Positions 40,830-54,419 of a stretch of 64,000 bases of DNA are shown piece by piece. The translations under genes were made by a program, and so were the position numbers. The stretch covers positions 54,312,001-54,376,000 of the forward strand of contig NC_043008.1 of the NCBI RefSeq assembly GCF_006345805.1, in the 5' to 3' direction. The notes under the pieces are model-generated. The model was not told the DNA's origin and did not search any database. It worked only from the letters and a program-made list of their open reading frames with translations. The DNA comes from Octopus sinensis. Lineage: Eukaryota. Position 1 is the stretch's first letter; every line of letters begins with the position of its first letter.

Positions 40830-42115
40830 AAAACTCACAGCTTATTTTGTTGAGTATGATGGAAAGTGTCAGCTGCCCACAGCCAGCAGATTAGGGCGAC
40901 ACTTGTTTACTGGTCATGTTTCAAGAACCCTGCAAAGAATTCTTGCGGTTCCAAGCAATGCTGATTTTTGTAGGTGTTCTACCTTCAAACTTACACCGAT
41001 CTTTTTCAGCCATGTTGGTAGTTGAGTGCTGATACTTCCAAGTGCACCAATACTATTGACATCACATCTACTCTCTTCATTGAGCACAACTTTCGTATTT
41101 CCCACTTTAAATCGTCATAGTGGTTTAGTTTTTCTTCTTTCACATCGATCCTGTTGTCACTATGTCGATTATCATACATGTTCTTTGTTTTTTATTCACC
41201 ACAACAATGTCCGGTTTCCAATGTCTGGTCAGGTGATCCCATAGGATGTTGAAAATTTCATTTTCGGTGACTCTTGGAGTTTTCTCATACCACGTCTTTA
41301 CTCTTTGTAGGCCGTGTTTTCCACAGAGCTCCCAATGGATCATTCTTGCCACATTGTCATGGTATCTTTTGTATTCGCGTTGTCCCAATCTCGAGCATTC
41401 GCTAACGATGTGCCATACCATTTCATCCCTTTCACCACACATTCTGCATTTGTCGCTGTCGGTAATGTCGTTTATTCTGCACTTCATATAATTGATCCTT
41501 AACGCTTGTTCTTGAGCTGCGCTTATGGTTGCTTCTGACTTTGTCTTCAGGTCACTCCTCCTGTTCCATAGCCACCGATCCACTGTATCTATCTTGGAGT
41601 TCACATCTCTTGCAAACTGACCGTACATTTTCTTTTCTTTCCATGATTTTTCTTTTTTTTTTGTTCATTTCTTGTTTAATTTTTTCTTTCAGTTCACAAT
41701 TTTCGGTTTTAATGACCCCGGCCTCTTTCGTACATTTCAACAGTGGCTCCACGGCATTTTTTATACACCATCCTAAGTTGCTTTCCTCTGTTTCGATACA
41801 GTCCTGGCAACTGATCAAACCTCTCCCACCCTTTCTTCTGGACATATACAGCCTATTAGTGTCATTCTTAGCGTGGAAGGCTCCGTGTGCTGCCAACATT
41901 TTTCTAGTCTTGGTATTCATTTTTTCATTTCTCTCTTTTGCCATTTTATAATTCCTGCTATCGCTTACGTATTAACTGCTTGGATTTTATTCCATCCACT
42001 CAATTTTGAGCGCAGCACCAACATCAGTCTTACGAAATACACCATCCTCAGTTGCTCCTTCATTTCCTTTTCCATTATCTCGTGGAACTCTAGTACACCA
42101 AGATATTTGTATCCT
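40830..42115 (-). mobile_element. R4/Dong-type non-LTR retrotransposon, 3' part (RT end, CCHC knuckle, restriction-like endonuclease)
   Basis: RLYMSRRKGGRGL; AAQEQALR; CRMCGE....WHIVSEC; YHDNVAR.IHWELC; KPDIVVV..IID; GALG..LQKSALLGTARIL; flanked on both sides by (TTA)n. Confidence 0.88.
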
Positions 42116-42149
42116 TCCGTTATTATTATTATTATTATTATCATTCAGT

Positions 42150-42457
42150 AGTTTTATTTTTATAACGTGCTTTCACTTCACTACCGAGCGCAGCTCTGTG
42201 TGCTTTGGGTATGTGCTGTGATTTGTTGTGATGCTCTGATGGTTACTGTATGGAAAGTGTTCTGCGTAGGATGTGTGCAGTGCCTAGTAATGTAATTTTC
42301 TGTATGTTATATGTGTTTGTAGGTCCTGGTGTTTTTGTTATGTATTTGTCTGAATATTTTTTTATCATGCCTAATGCATCTACTATGATTGGAATTGTTT
42401 CTGTTTTTAGATTCCACATTCTGGTTACCTCTATTTCCAGTCTTTGTATTTTGAAAG

Positions 42458-42460
<3 letters not shown>
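42150..42460 (-). mobile_element. 3' end of a second R4/Dong-type family
   Basis: Minus strand ...RMWNLKTETIPIIVDALGMIKKY...IQKITLLGTAHILRRTLSI, then a 3' UTR ending in TAA repeats. Confidence 0.75.
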
Positions 42461-42515
<55 letters not shown>

Positions 42516-44645
42516 TATTATTATTATTATTATTATTATTGAGTGAGAGAGCAGTGCATGCCATCAAAGTGACACTGGGGTAAAATATACGAAGCCCAGT
42601 ATACCCATCATGACTACGCGTCTGATAAGGGTACATTAGGCACATGCATCACAACCATATCTGCGCGACATGGTAATCTCATATCAAGATAAACAGCACA
42701 TGATCTTGCAGGTGGGGCCCAGTTAGAATTTTCGTCAGGTCGAATAAACTATCCCGCTCAAAAGGTCTCTGAATAAGGGTTGTTTAAGGATGTTGAATGA
42801 ACCAGTCATGTTTCTAAAGGTGAATTATCCAAATCCCAAAGAATCCCTCTCAACACATGGCTATGATGCTCCCCCACTACTTCTGCTCGTGATCAGAGAT
42901 GCACATATCGTCAGCCACTAAGGGACATGCTCAACTGGTTATGGTCAAACAAGTGACTAGCAAATCTGTGGTAATGAGCAGAATATTTGCTGTGGCCCAT
43001 CTTTTATACCAAGACAAAACAATGTACATGATAACACTTCTAATCAGTTAAGATCAAAAGCCATGAGAGTCACTGCCCGGTACTGCATCAGGGCATTGAT
43101 AACACTTCCAATCAGTTACGATCAGAAGCCATGAGAGCCACTGCTCGGTACTGCATTACTATTGTTATTATTATTATCATCATTATCGCTTTTTCCTCGC
43201 TCAACCAGTGTTCCATGTAATCACTTCTTTCACGGCATTAATAACACTTCATCGTATCTTTAATGAAGCTCATTGTCCTCTTCGCTCCGCAACACCACTC
43301 TACGTGAATATTTCTCTCGCTTTATATTTCTCTCACACGCTTCGCTCTGCACTCACGCTGCTTCCCCGATATTATACACACATATACACACACATATAGG
43401 TGTGCCAATCTACCTTGCTCAACGACTTTCTCTACCTTTCTCTTTCTCTGTCTCTCCCCCTCTCTCTCCCTCTCTCATTCTCTCTCTTTCTTTCTTTCTC
43501 GCTTTCAGTCAACTTTTGTCTTCAAAGTGGTTATTCTTTTATCTTTCAATCATTATCTCGTTAAATAAAGTCCATCACTCATAAACAGTCCCGTGTCACA
43601 ATTGATCGCTACTCTCCGTCGTTCCTTTTTTTTGTATGCATCTTTCCTTCTCTTTTTCTTTATCTATCTCTCTGACCACTTCTTCGCCTCCCCATTCTTC
43701 TTCCCCCCTCCCATCTCTCTCTATCTATCTATCTATCTGTCCCTCTCACTCTCCCTCTTACATTTTCTCGTATTGTTTTCCACACATGCTCACAAAACAT
43801 ACATATATCTACATATAACATAAACATACATACGTATGTTCATACATACATACATACATGTATCCATATATATGTGTTGCGTGCAATTTTGTCTTTGAGT
43901 TGCTCAGAACAGCAGAGCCTCCTGATCCGAAGCAAAATTTCCCCCGCAATCACCCTGACATCATTGCCAATAACTTTATCGACATAATCAAGACTAGATC
44001 AATTTCGTTGGAAAAAGAACATTATAGATCTAGGCGTATATGTAATAAAATATATTACAGCCCTATGACATCTTGGAATCTTATTTAAAACAGTAATTTC
44101 CGATCGAATCAGGGATTTTATAGGATGTTTTTTCCTATTTTGTATTACTTTTTATAGAAACAGACGACAAAAACACTGCAGTTTGTCAATTTGCATTTAG
44201 CAAATCTTGTTTAAAAGCTGCTCTTCTATCGTCTGCTTCTTTGAAATTTTGAGTGAGGCTGTTAACTAAATTATTCCAGTATCTGAGGTGAGGATATCAA
44301 ATATATATATTTATATAAACATACACACACACACACGCACAGACATGCACACAAACACACATGCACACGTATATACACATAAACACACACACATTTTTAC
44401 GTAGTATCAGCGTGCAGGCTATGCCCATGCTGCAGCACATATTGAATTTAATTGATGTTGTTATTGTCGTTATCATTGCTGTTGATGTTGTTAACGTTTC
44501 TATTATCAATGCTGTTGTTGTTGTTGTTATTGTTGTTGTTGTTGATATTGGTGGCGTTGCCGTCGTCGTAGCCGTTCTCAACGTCTCGTCGTCGAGGGGA
44601 TGTTATCGTTATCATAGATATCGTCCTCTATATTACCGTTATTGT

Positions 44646-45029
44646 GGAGGCACAATGGCCCAGTGGTTATGGCAGCGGACTCGCGGTCATAGGATCGCGG
44701 TTTCGATTCCCAGACCGGGCGTTGTGAGTGTTTATTGAGCGAAAACACCTAAAGCTCCACGAGGCTCCGGCAGGGGATGGTGGTGATCCCTGCTGTACTC
44801 TTTCACCACAACTTTCTCTCACTCTTACTTCCTGTTTCTGTTGTACCTGTATTTCAAAGGGGCCGGCCTTGTCACTCTCTGTGTCACGCTGAATATCCCC
44901 AAGATACTACGTTAAGGGTACACGTGTCTGTGGAGTGCTCAGCCACTTACACGTTAATTTCACGAGCAGGCTGCTCCGTTGATTCGGATCAACCGCAACC
45001 CTCATCGTCGTAACCGACGGAGTGCTTCC
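44646..45029 (+). mobile_element. SINE family A (tail type 1), full length
   Basis: TSD ATTACCGTTATTGT at 44632-44645 and 45030-45043. Confidence 0.9.
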
Positions 45030-45065
45030 ATTACCGTTATTGTTGCTGTTGTTGTTGTTGTTGTC

Positions 45066-45142
<77 letters not shown>

Positions 45143-45861
45143 CGTCGTCGTCGTCGCCGCCGTTGTGGTTTATTCTAGATTAACCCAGATCTTAATTCCT
45201 AAATGTTTTTTGCCAATTTTTCAATATTTTTTTTTAACAATAAATCTACCGAATCATCTGCCACAATAGCCGATATAACCTTCCTGTTTTAAAATCAAAA
45301 GCCAGGGGCCAACTCAGGCCATGAATACACTGGATATACCGACGGCTTCGTGTATCTTGGGGCCCACTTTTTATTTACGTATGTTTTAGTTTCTTCACAA
45401 TAACTATAACTAAAAACAATAGGGCCCAGTGCACTAAAATGCCCAGGAACCTATAATACTCGTAAAACGACTCTCAATAAAATATGATTTCAGGGTGATT
45501 TGTCCCTTATTTCTAACCGACCGGGTGACATGGGTGGATTCGTTCAGGATCTGGTAGATACATGTACTCAATAGACCGTTGCTACGTTGGGCCAGAACGA
45601 AGTGATTGCGCTTTTTCTAGAAACTGTACACAACTGTTTAATCAATTCATTTATTTCATTTTCAGCGACATATATAAGAAAAATGGTGTTGAAAATATCA
45701 TATCAAATTTTCAACTAACAAACATTTACACACACACACACACACACACAAACATAAACAGACAATTCATGCATGTATATGTGTGTGTGTGCATGTATGT
45801 ATGTATATAAATATATATACATATATATGTGTGTGTGTGTGTGTGTGTTCGTGGGTGGGTG

Positions 45862-45914
<53 letters not shown>

Positions 45915-45935
45915 ACCTCGCCAAGTAAAATATTT

Positions 45936-46010
45936 AAACCTCCTGATGAATGACTGTAACTCGAAAATTTAAAGAAATTAACAGCCATGAAACGATCGTA
46001 GTGTTATATT
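45936..46010 (+). ncRNA. Degenerate type I hammerhead-like motif
   Basis: CTGATGA (45943-49), stem II ATGACTGT/ACAGCCAT, GAAAC-GATC-GTA^GTGTT with palindromic ACGATCGT; stem I pairs poorly. Confidence 0.4.
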
Positions 46011-46899
46011 AATTATATTTTTTTAATAATTTTGTTATATATTTAAATAATATAAATTAAATAATCTTATGTATTGGCTTAAGTTTTTCATTGTATGATT
46101 TGCCTAATAGTGGTTTTATCTCTAATTTAATATAATATATATATATATATATATGCACTCACACACACATACATATGTACGTACAGATATATATATATAT
46201 ATAAATTCTTAGATAAGTTTTGCCCAGTATTGGCCCAGATGCTTAGACAATCCATACATCTATGCATGTGTATTATGTGTATATATATATATATATATAT
46301 ATAGTGTGTGTAAGAGCGCGTGTGTATAAGTGTGTGTGTGCATGTGTGTGCGTAAGTGTATATATGTACGTAGATAAGTGATCCAATCTTTCTTATTCTA
46401 TGTGTTGGTGATAATCGATAATTCCATACACACACTCACGTGTGTGTATGTTTGTGTGTGTGTTTGTGTGTATGAATATGAGTAATATAGAATATGGATT
46501 CAGAGAATCATGCAACTATCACAGTAAGCTCCTCATACGGACTTGGCTATCAGTCCACGTAGAAATTAATTATAAAGCAGTGTAAAATGTCCATGTGACT
46601 GAACAGTTGATGAAACTAAGGGCTTCTGGTGATCTGATTAGCCATATTAGCCATATTTTTTTGTTTGCATTTCTTTGTGAATATACAATTATATAATACT
46701 ATATAATGTCGAACAGACGTATTAATGCATACAGATACACATAATTTCTTGCATACTGAAAATTAATATTCTGAAAAAATTAATACTTTATGAAGAAAGT
46801 TGCTAAATAATCTATTTTCACCTCACGAACCTTCTGATTTGATGAGGTTTCACTTCTGAAACCAAGAATTGATACAGAGATAAGGTGAATGTTATATAC

Positions 46900-47484
46900 G
46901 TACGCCAGTACATACACACATACATAATAACATACATACATACATACATACATACATACATACTACATACATACATACATACATACATACATCATACATA
47001 ATACATACATACATACATAACAGATACATGCACGCATGCAAGCACAAACACATATATTCATGCATGCATAGATACATACGTACGTATGTATATATATATA
47101 TATATGCATACATACGTACGTGTGTACGTGAGAACATACATACATAATACATACACACATAAAACATTCTTACATATATATATACATACATGCTTAAGCA
47201 CATACGTACATACATGCACACATGCATGCACAAACACATACATGCATATATATATACAGAAAGACACATACACACACACACAGATACATACATACATACA
47301 TGAACACATGCACATATACATACATACGTACGTACATACATGCATGCATGCATATGTACGTACATACATACATACATACATACATACATACATACATACA
47401 TACATACGTACATACGTACATACATACGTACATACGTACATACGTACATACATACATACATACATACATACATACATACATACA

Positions 47485-47515
<31 letters not shown>

Positions 47516-47530
47516 CATGCATATACATAC
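46900..47530. repeat. (TACA)n-based compound microsatellite
   Basis: Direct reading. Confidence 0.9.
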
Positions 47531-48331
47531 ATGAAATGCATACAGGATTAAAGACCCTTCTGGAACCACACTCTCTTAAGGCGGATGTCTTAAATTCTCT
47601 GACGCATATATTTTTTCCATTCTATGAGAAACTGGTATGTTACTCACCTTTGCCACCTAATTCTACTGGGTTAAAGTGAAATGAAGGATTTTGCTCAAAA
47701 ACATAATGCATCGTCCATTGCCAGGAGTCGGAATCGAAACCAGAATCTTGTGATCATGAGTGCAACTTTCTGAAGCACCAAGCCACGTGCCTCCACGGAT
47801 AGACAGGTAGATAGATAGATCTGGAACTGTAAAAATCTGTTAGACTTTCCAGAAGTTTATCATTTAAAGATGTATGAGCATGTCTAGATATGCAACTATA
47901 TGCATGAGAATACATACATAAAACATACAAATCTGCACATACATACATACATACATACATACATACATACATACATGTAGCACTGTCTAAATACCAATCT
48001 TGAGAAATTAGGCTTCTCAAAACCAGAAAGGAGAAAGCTGATTCGAAGACTACAAATCCAATCCATCACTGGAACTGTAAAAATCTGTAAGACTTTCCAG
48101 AAGTTTATCATTTAAGTATATATGAGTATTTCTAGATATGCAACTATATACATGAGGATACATGCATAAAGCAAAACATATACATCTGTAAAAATACCTT
48201 GTTGATGTTGAAACTCTAATGAAGGAGCCTTGGATCTAGGATAGAAACCGGTTCTTTCTCTATTGGCAAAAAATCTTGAAGTAAAACTGAATAATAACAT
48301 ACATACATACATACATACATACATACATACA

Positions 48332-48365
<34 letters not shown>

Positions 48366-48615
48366 CATAGACAAAAAGAGAGATAGACAGATGCATACAT
48401 ACATAGACAGACAGGTGGACTAATTATATATACATCTATATATACTTACTTTACATTTATATATACATACATATACAAATAGACAGACAGATAGGTAGAT
48501 AGATACAGATTACGTGTGCACGCTTGTGTGTACAGTGTATGTATTCTACAGCATTGGCCTGCCTATGTATATGTTAAAACCCTTTCTTTGTTTCTTTCCT
48601 TCTTCTCTTAATGCC

Positions 48616-48733
48616 ATGGATGAAGTGCCACCAAGCACCATGACAGGGACAAATGAGACTTGCATGCATAACACCAGTGATGATTCCACGTGGATTATAT
48701 CTAGCGCCTTTATTATATTCACCATGCAGTCAG
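48616..48733 (+). CDS. amt: Ammonium transporter (Amt family), probable first coding exon
   Basis: GCCATGG start context; translates MDEVPPSTMTGTNETCMHNTSDDSTWIISSAFIIFTMQS+G; phase-1 donor CAG|GTAAG at 48733/48734. DDxTWI..SAFIIFTMQSG is the start of Amt TM1 and joins in frame to the exon at 63068. Confidence 0.9.
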
Positions 48734-48819
48734 GTAAGAACGCATCCCTATCTCATTCCGCCCCTTGTGGGTAATAATAAAACCATCCCTATCTCATTCA
48801 GGTTGTTATATACGTTGAT

Positions 48820-49194
48820 AGTGGAGGCGCAATGGCCCAGTGGTTAGGGCAGCGGACTCGCGGTCGTAGGATCGCGGTTTCGATTCCCAGACCGGGCGTT
48901 GTGAGTGTTTATTGAGCGAAAACACCTAAAGCTCCACGAGGCTCCGGCAGGGGGTGGTGGAGATCCCTGCTGTACTCTTTCACCACAGCTTTCTCTCACT
49001 CTTACTTCCTGTTTCTGTTGTACCTGTATTTCAAAGGGCCGGCCTTGTCACTCTCTGTGTCACGCTGAATATCCCCGAGAACTACGTGTCTGTGGAGTGC
49101 TCAGCCACTTACACGTTAATTTCACGAGCAGGCTGTTCCGTTGATTCGGATCAACTGGAACCCTCGTCGTCGTAACCGACGGAGTGCTTCCAAA
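48820..49194 (+). mobile_element. SINE family A (tail type 1) in amt intron 1
   Basis: TSD ATATACGTTGAT at 48808-48819 and 49195-49206; small internal deletion relative to the other copies. Confidence 0.9.
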
Positions 49195-49406
49195 ATATAC
49201 GTTGATGAATCGTTCTGTCAGTATATTGCAGTATTCAATGATAATCGTTTCGGAGGGAAAATTATGCGGTAAAGAAAAGACGACCTGAGGTCAATGATTT
49301 ATAATTATTGGGTTTAAATGTATGTTAATGTATATAAATTATCTTTCGGATGTTGGTATGATTTAATCAATATATAGTAAGAATTGAATGTGCGTGCGTT
49401 CGTCTG

Positions 49407-49488
<82 letters not shown>

Positions 49489-50811
49489 ATATATATATAT
49501 ATATATACATTATAAAAAGGGCTTAGTAAAATAAATTACTTTGCCGCATACTGAACTCATTAGAAATAGCAGTCAAAAAACTTTTTTAAAGCTATTCTAT
49601 ACTTAAAGAAAATCTCTCTCATATATAGTGTTTGCTTAATTCAACTCACAAAAGTTTGGGGGTGGACATCGAAAAATCAAATGCTAAGGTTATCGAGAAC
49701 GTACGTTTTCAAGATTAGTCAAAACAACATTTCTATCATCGGCTCAGAAATTCCTTGGTTTGGATTTGGAAACACTGAAAATAAGAACATACCCTTTCGA
49801 AGATCTGCTTCCAACTAACAGTGCCAACAATTCAAATAAGCAAGCGAAGAGTCTCTGTTCTCCCCTTTCCACCAGCGTGGGTTAAAATCATCAACACTAT
49901 GCTTATTTCGGTAAAATCCGAAGCATTAATTAGAGGGAGATTAATTATAATTTCAACAATTGAGGGCAAAATTAATTAATTATTAATCAATTTCACCAAG
50001 TGTTCAGTATGCAAAGGGACCATTCAAGGCGAATTCAAATATTACATTATATAAAAGGGCTTAGTAAAATAATTACTTTGCCGCATACTGAACTCATTAG
50101 AAATAGCAGTCAAAAAACTTTTTTAAAGCTATTTCTAATACTTAAAAAATCTCTCTCATATATAGTGTTTGCTAATTCAACTCACAAAAGTTTGGGGGTA
50201 AGGACATCGAAAAATCAAATGCTAAGGTTATTCGAGAACGTACGTTTTCAAGATTAGTCAAAACAACATTTCTATCATCGGCTCAGAAATTCCTTGGTTG
50301 TGATTTGGAAACACTGAAAATAAGAACATACCCTTTCGAAGATCTGCTTCCACTAACAGTGCCAACAATTCAAATAAGCAAGCGAAGAGTATATATATTA
50401 TATATATAGATATATGTATATATATGAGTATATATAAGAGTATATATATGTATATATATAGATATATGTATATATGTATATATATAGATATATGTATATA
50501 TAAGAGTATATATATGTATATATATAGATATATGTATATATATAGATATAAGAAGTTTGAAAATGCCACTATATAAGATAGATTTTAATTTTCTTAGAGA
50601 TTTTACATGTTTCGGTTCTTCTTGAAAAAAAAAGGAATCTTGTCAAAAATATTTTTAAAAGTTAAGTGTAATATAAAGGTTCATAATTGTTTCTTACTAG
50701 TCTCAACAGAGTCCACGTGGTGGTGTTTTGTGGTGGGGGAGCATAATGGCTGTCTTGTGCGTTGACTAGATTTGTTGGGTGTAATTGTGAAACAAACTTT
50801 TTATAAATATA

Positions 50812-50899
<88 letters not shown>

Positions 50900-51174
50900 A
50901 AATGCTCGAAATGATGAGTAGATAGACAGCCGACAACTGATGAAGGGTCGTTTCTCTTTGTTTACTTGTCCTGCTTTCTATTTTTTCTCTCGTTGTTTAC
51001 TTATTTTACTCATTATCTACGTATTTCATGTTGTTTACACAGTTGGTGACGTCCTGTACACATATATGCATATATATACATACACACGCACACACACACA
51101 CATACCTACCGACATACATACATACATACATACATACATACATACATACATACATACATACATACATACATACA

Positions 51175-51207
<33 letters not shown>

Positions 51208-52086
51208 GTGTGTGTCTTGACGTCACGAGAATTTGAAAACGTTCGAGTGAACGTGAAATAATTCTTTTTAGAATAATGGATCTTTCAGCACATCAATCTA
51301 TGGATAATAGCATGTAAATATTCAGTCCAATAAATGCATAATATTATTTACAGTACAAACATCCCTACACGGAGTCTTGATATTCAATATTCATGTAATA
51401 TGGTTGAGGTGTGCTGACTACTGAACTAGCAAGAAGCCTTAATTTAAGTACCTCATGCAACTGAATCTTAGGCCTAGGAATCGAAAAAATTTGGAACGAA
51501 TTTTCATAATTTATTTTTTACTTGTTTCAGTCATTAGACTGCAGCCATGCTGGGGCACTGCCTTGAAAAACATTTTTAAAGCCTTGTACTTTTTCTATCG
51601 GTCTCTTTTGCCGACCTGATAAGTTATGAGGACGTAAAAACACCAACACCGGCCGGTTATTAATGGTGATGTGGGGCAAACGCAGACAAATAGACACCCT
51701 CCCACATGTGTATACGACCGGATCTAGCGATCGTGAGTGTAATACCCTAACCACTAAGCCATGCGTCCTCACATATACACACACACACACACACACATAT
51801 ATATATGTATACATACATACATATATACATTCATACATACATATTTGTGTATTTGTATCTGTTCAAATGTATTCTAATGTGAGCGATGTTATCGTCTGCA
51901 GATTCAATAAAACAAAATACAATAAATCACACGACCACTCCTTAAGAGAATCGTTTCAAAAATAAATAAATACCTTTACGATACATTCATTAAAGTTCAT
52001 AGATTATATAGAACGAGTAAAACATCAATAAAATCGATAACCATTCATAACTTTTCATAAATAATTTTAGTAATACACTTCATTAC

Positions 52087-52168
<82 letters not shown>

Positions 52169-53807
52169 GTATGTATGCATGTATGTATGTATGTATGTAT
52201 GTATGTGTGTGTGTTATTTGTGTGTCTGTGTTTGTCCCCTCAACATCGCTTGACAACCGATGCTGACGTGTTTACGTCCCCGTAACTTAGCGTTTCGGCA
52301 AAAGAAACCGATAGAATAAGTACTAGGCTTACAAAGAATAAGTCCTGGGGTCGATTTGCTCGACTAAAGGCGGTGCTCCAGCATGGCCACAATCACATGA
52401 CTGAAACAAGTAAAAGAGTAAAAGAGTAAAGAGTAAAAATTATATACATGTAGGAGGGTGTCTATGTGTCTGTGTTTTCCCCACATCACCACTAACAACC
52501 GGCCGGTATTGGTGTTTTTACGTCCCCGTAACTTATCAGGTCGGCAAAAGAGACCGACAGAAAAAGTACAAGGCTTTAAAAAAACTTCTTCAAGACAGTT
52601 CCCCAGCATGGCTGCAGTCTAATGACTGAAACAAGTAAAAAAATATATTATGAAAATTCGTTTCAAATTTTGACACAAATAATCGAGGAAGGTAGTCGAT
52701 AGCATCGACCTCAGATATTGACTGATAGTTCATTTTATTGACACCGAAAGGATGAAAAGCAAAGTTGACTCCATCAGAACATAAGGAGCCAGAAAAAAAA
52801 CCGCTAACCCTTTCGTCAGGCGCGTTCACGATTCTGCCGCCTCACCACCTTATCCATCATCGTATATTGACAACGAAATAGGAATAGCTAGCATCAGTGA
52901 TTTAAGAACTGCAAAAATCAAAACAAAGACAAATGTTTTACCTTACATTTCAAACCATAATATAAATAATCAAAATTTGCTACTTTTAAAACTTTATTAA
53001 AAATTAGTGGAAATTTAGAAAACGAAAAGTTAATTAAAGGTTTACAATATCCAAAGTTACTATTGAAACTATCAGCAAATATTTTGTTCCTACCAAATTA
53101 ATATCCAGCACCCACAGTCAAAACAAGTGTAAGATCAAATTATATAGGTTGTATGTAAGAAGGTGTGGGGTTCAGCTTTCTGAAGACTTTGTTTATATCA
53201 TAGCATACTGTATATAAGCTTAGCAGGCATGTCTCTGAGAAAATAGATGACAGTTCACCAACAACAAATTTGCAATACAAAAACTAAAAATATTCCACAA
53301 TGTGTAGGAACTCGGTAGCAGAATTTTAAGCAATTTCTATAATACCATTGTACGGAAAATACAGCAGAACAACAAAGAATTAATTTTGTTTTTTTTTGTT
53401 TTTATTGAAAAATATTAGTATAAATCGGTAATTCACTCTGTGAATTATTTTAATTTTAAATATCAACATTTGAGAAAATATATTTGTTCCCTTTTCTTTG
53501 AATATTTATAATACATAACGTCACCTGACGTGATACCTAGTATGTTTATCACAAATTTTGATAACTAAGCTTCATAGCATTACCTCTCTTGTTACCCAAT
53601 GTGTCCATAACAAAGCTTCCTCCGGTCGATACACTAAGGTATACCGTAAATGAAGGCAAAGTAGAAAGTACACATGTACATTACGGATATTATCACCATA
53701 ATAATTATGAAAATGTATTCCGGAATAATTGAATTAATTACAGTACAAACAGCATTGTTCTTTTCTTTCCTTTTATCATTTCGAATATACATATACATAC
53801 ATATACA

Positions 53808-53869
<62 letters not shown>

Positions 53870-54027
53870 TAAATATATATATATTATATGTATAATATAT
53901 ACATATATATACATATATATATTATATATATATATGAATATGTATATATATATGTGTGTGTGTATATATATATATATAATATATATATATTATATGTATA
54001 TATATATATACATATGTACACACACAC

Positions 54028-54076
<49 letters not shown>

Positions 54077-54419
54077 ACATATGTATATATATGACATGCC
54101 TGCTAAGCTAATATACAGTATGTACATATACACACAGGGTACGAGGCGTATTTGAGGACTGCTTTGGTATACAGTAAAACAACTATATTTCAGCATAAAT
54201 AAATATGTATTTTAAATAACATCTGTGCAAAAAGTCTTGATAATGATTTTTAAGCAAATTATTCTAGTGAAACCGTCTTCGGCTTCGATGACTGCTTCAA
54301 TGCGGCACCGAAACCGCTGGCATGGTGACACTATCTGGTCATTATTTATTTCGGACATCACCTGGACAACGGCGTCCTTCAGTGAAGCTATGGTATGATG
54401 ATGATGACGATATTAGTCT

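Noticed and set aside
48190-48300. CTAATGA...GAAACCGGTT element upstream of amt, starting AAAAATACCTT like the 30 kb repeats
   Set aside because: The essential G5 is missing and stems I and II pair poorly; at best a dead relative.
50925-51040. CTGATGA at 50937-43 as a hammerhead
   Set aside because: I found no closing stem II plus GAAA-stem III-UH arrangement downstream.
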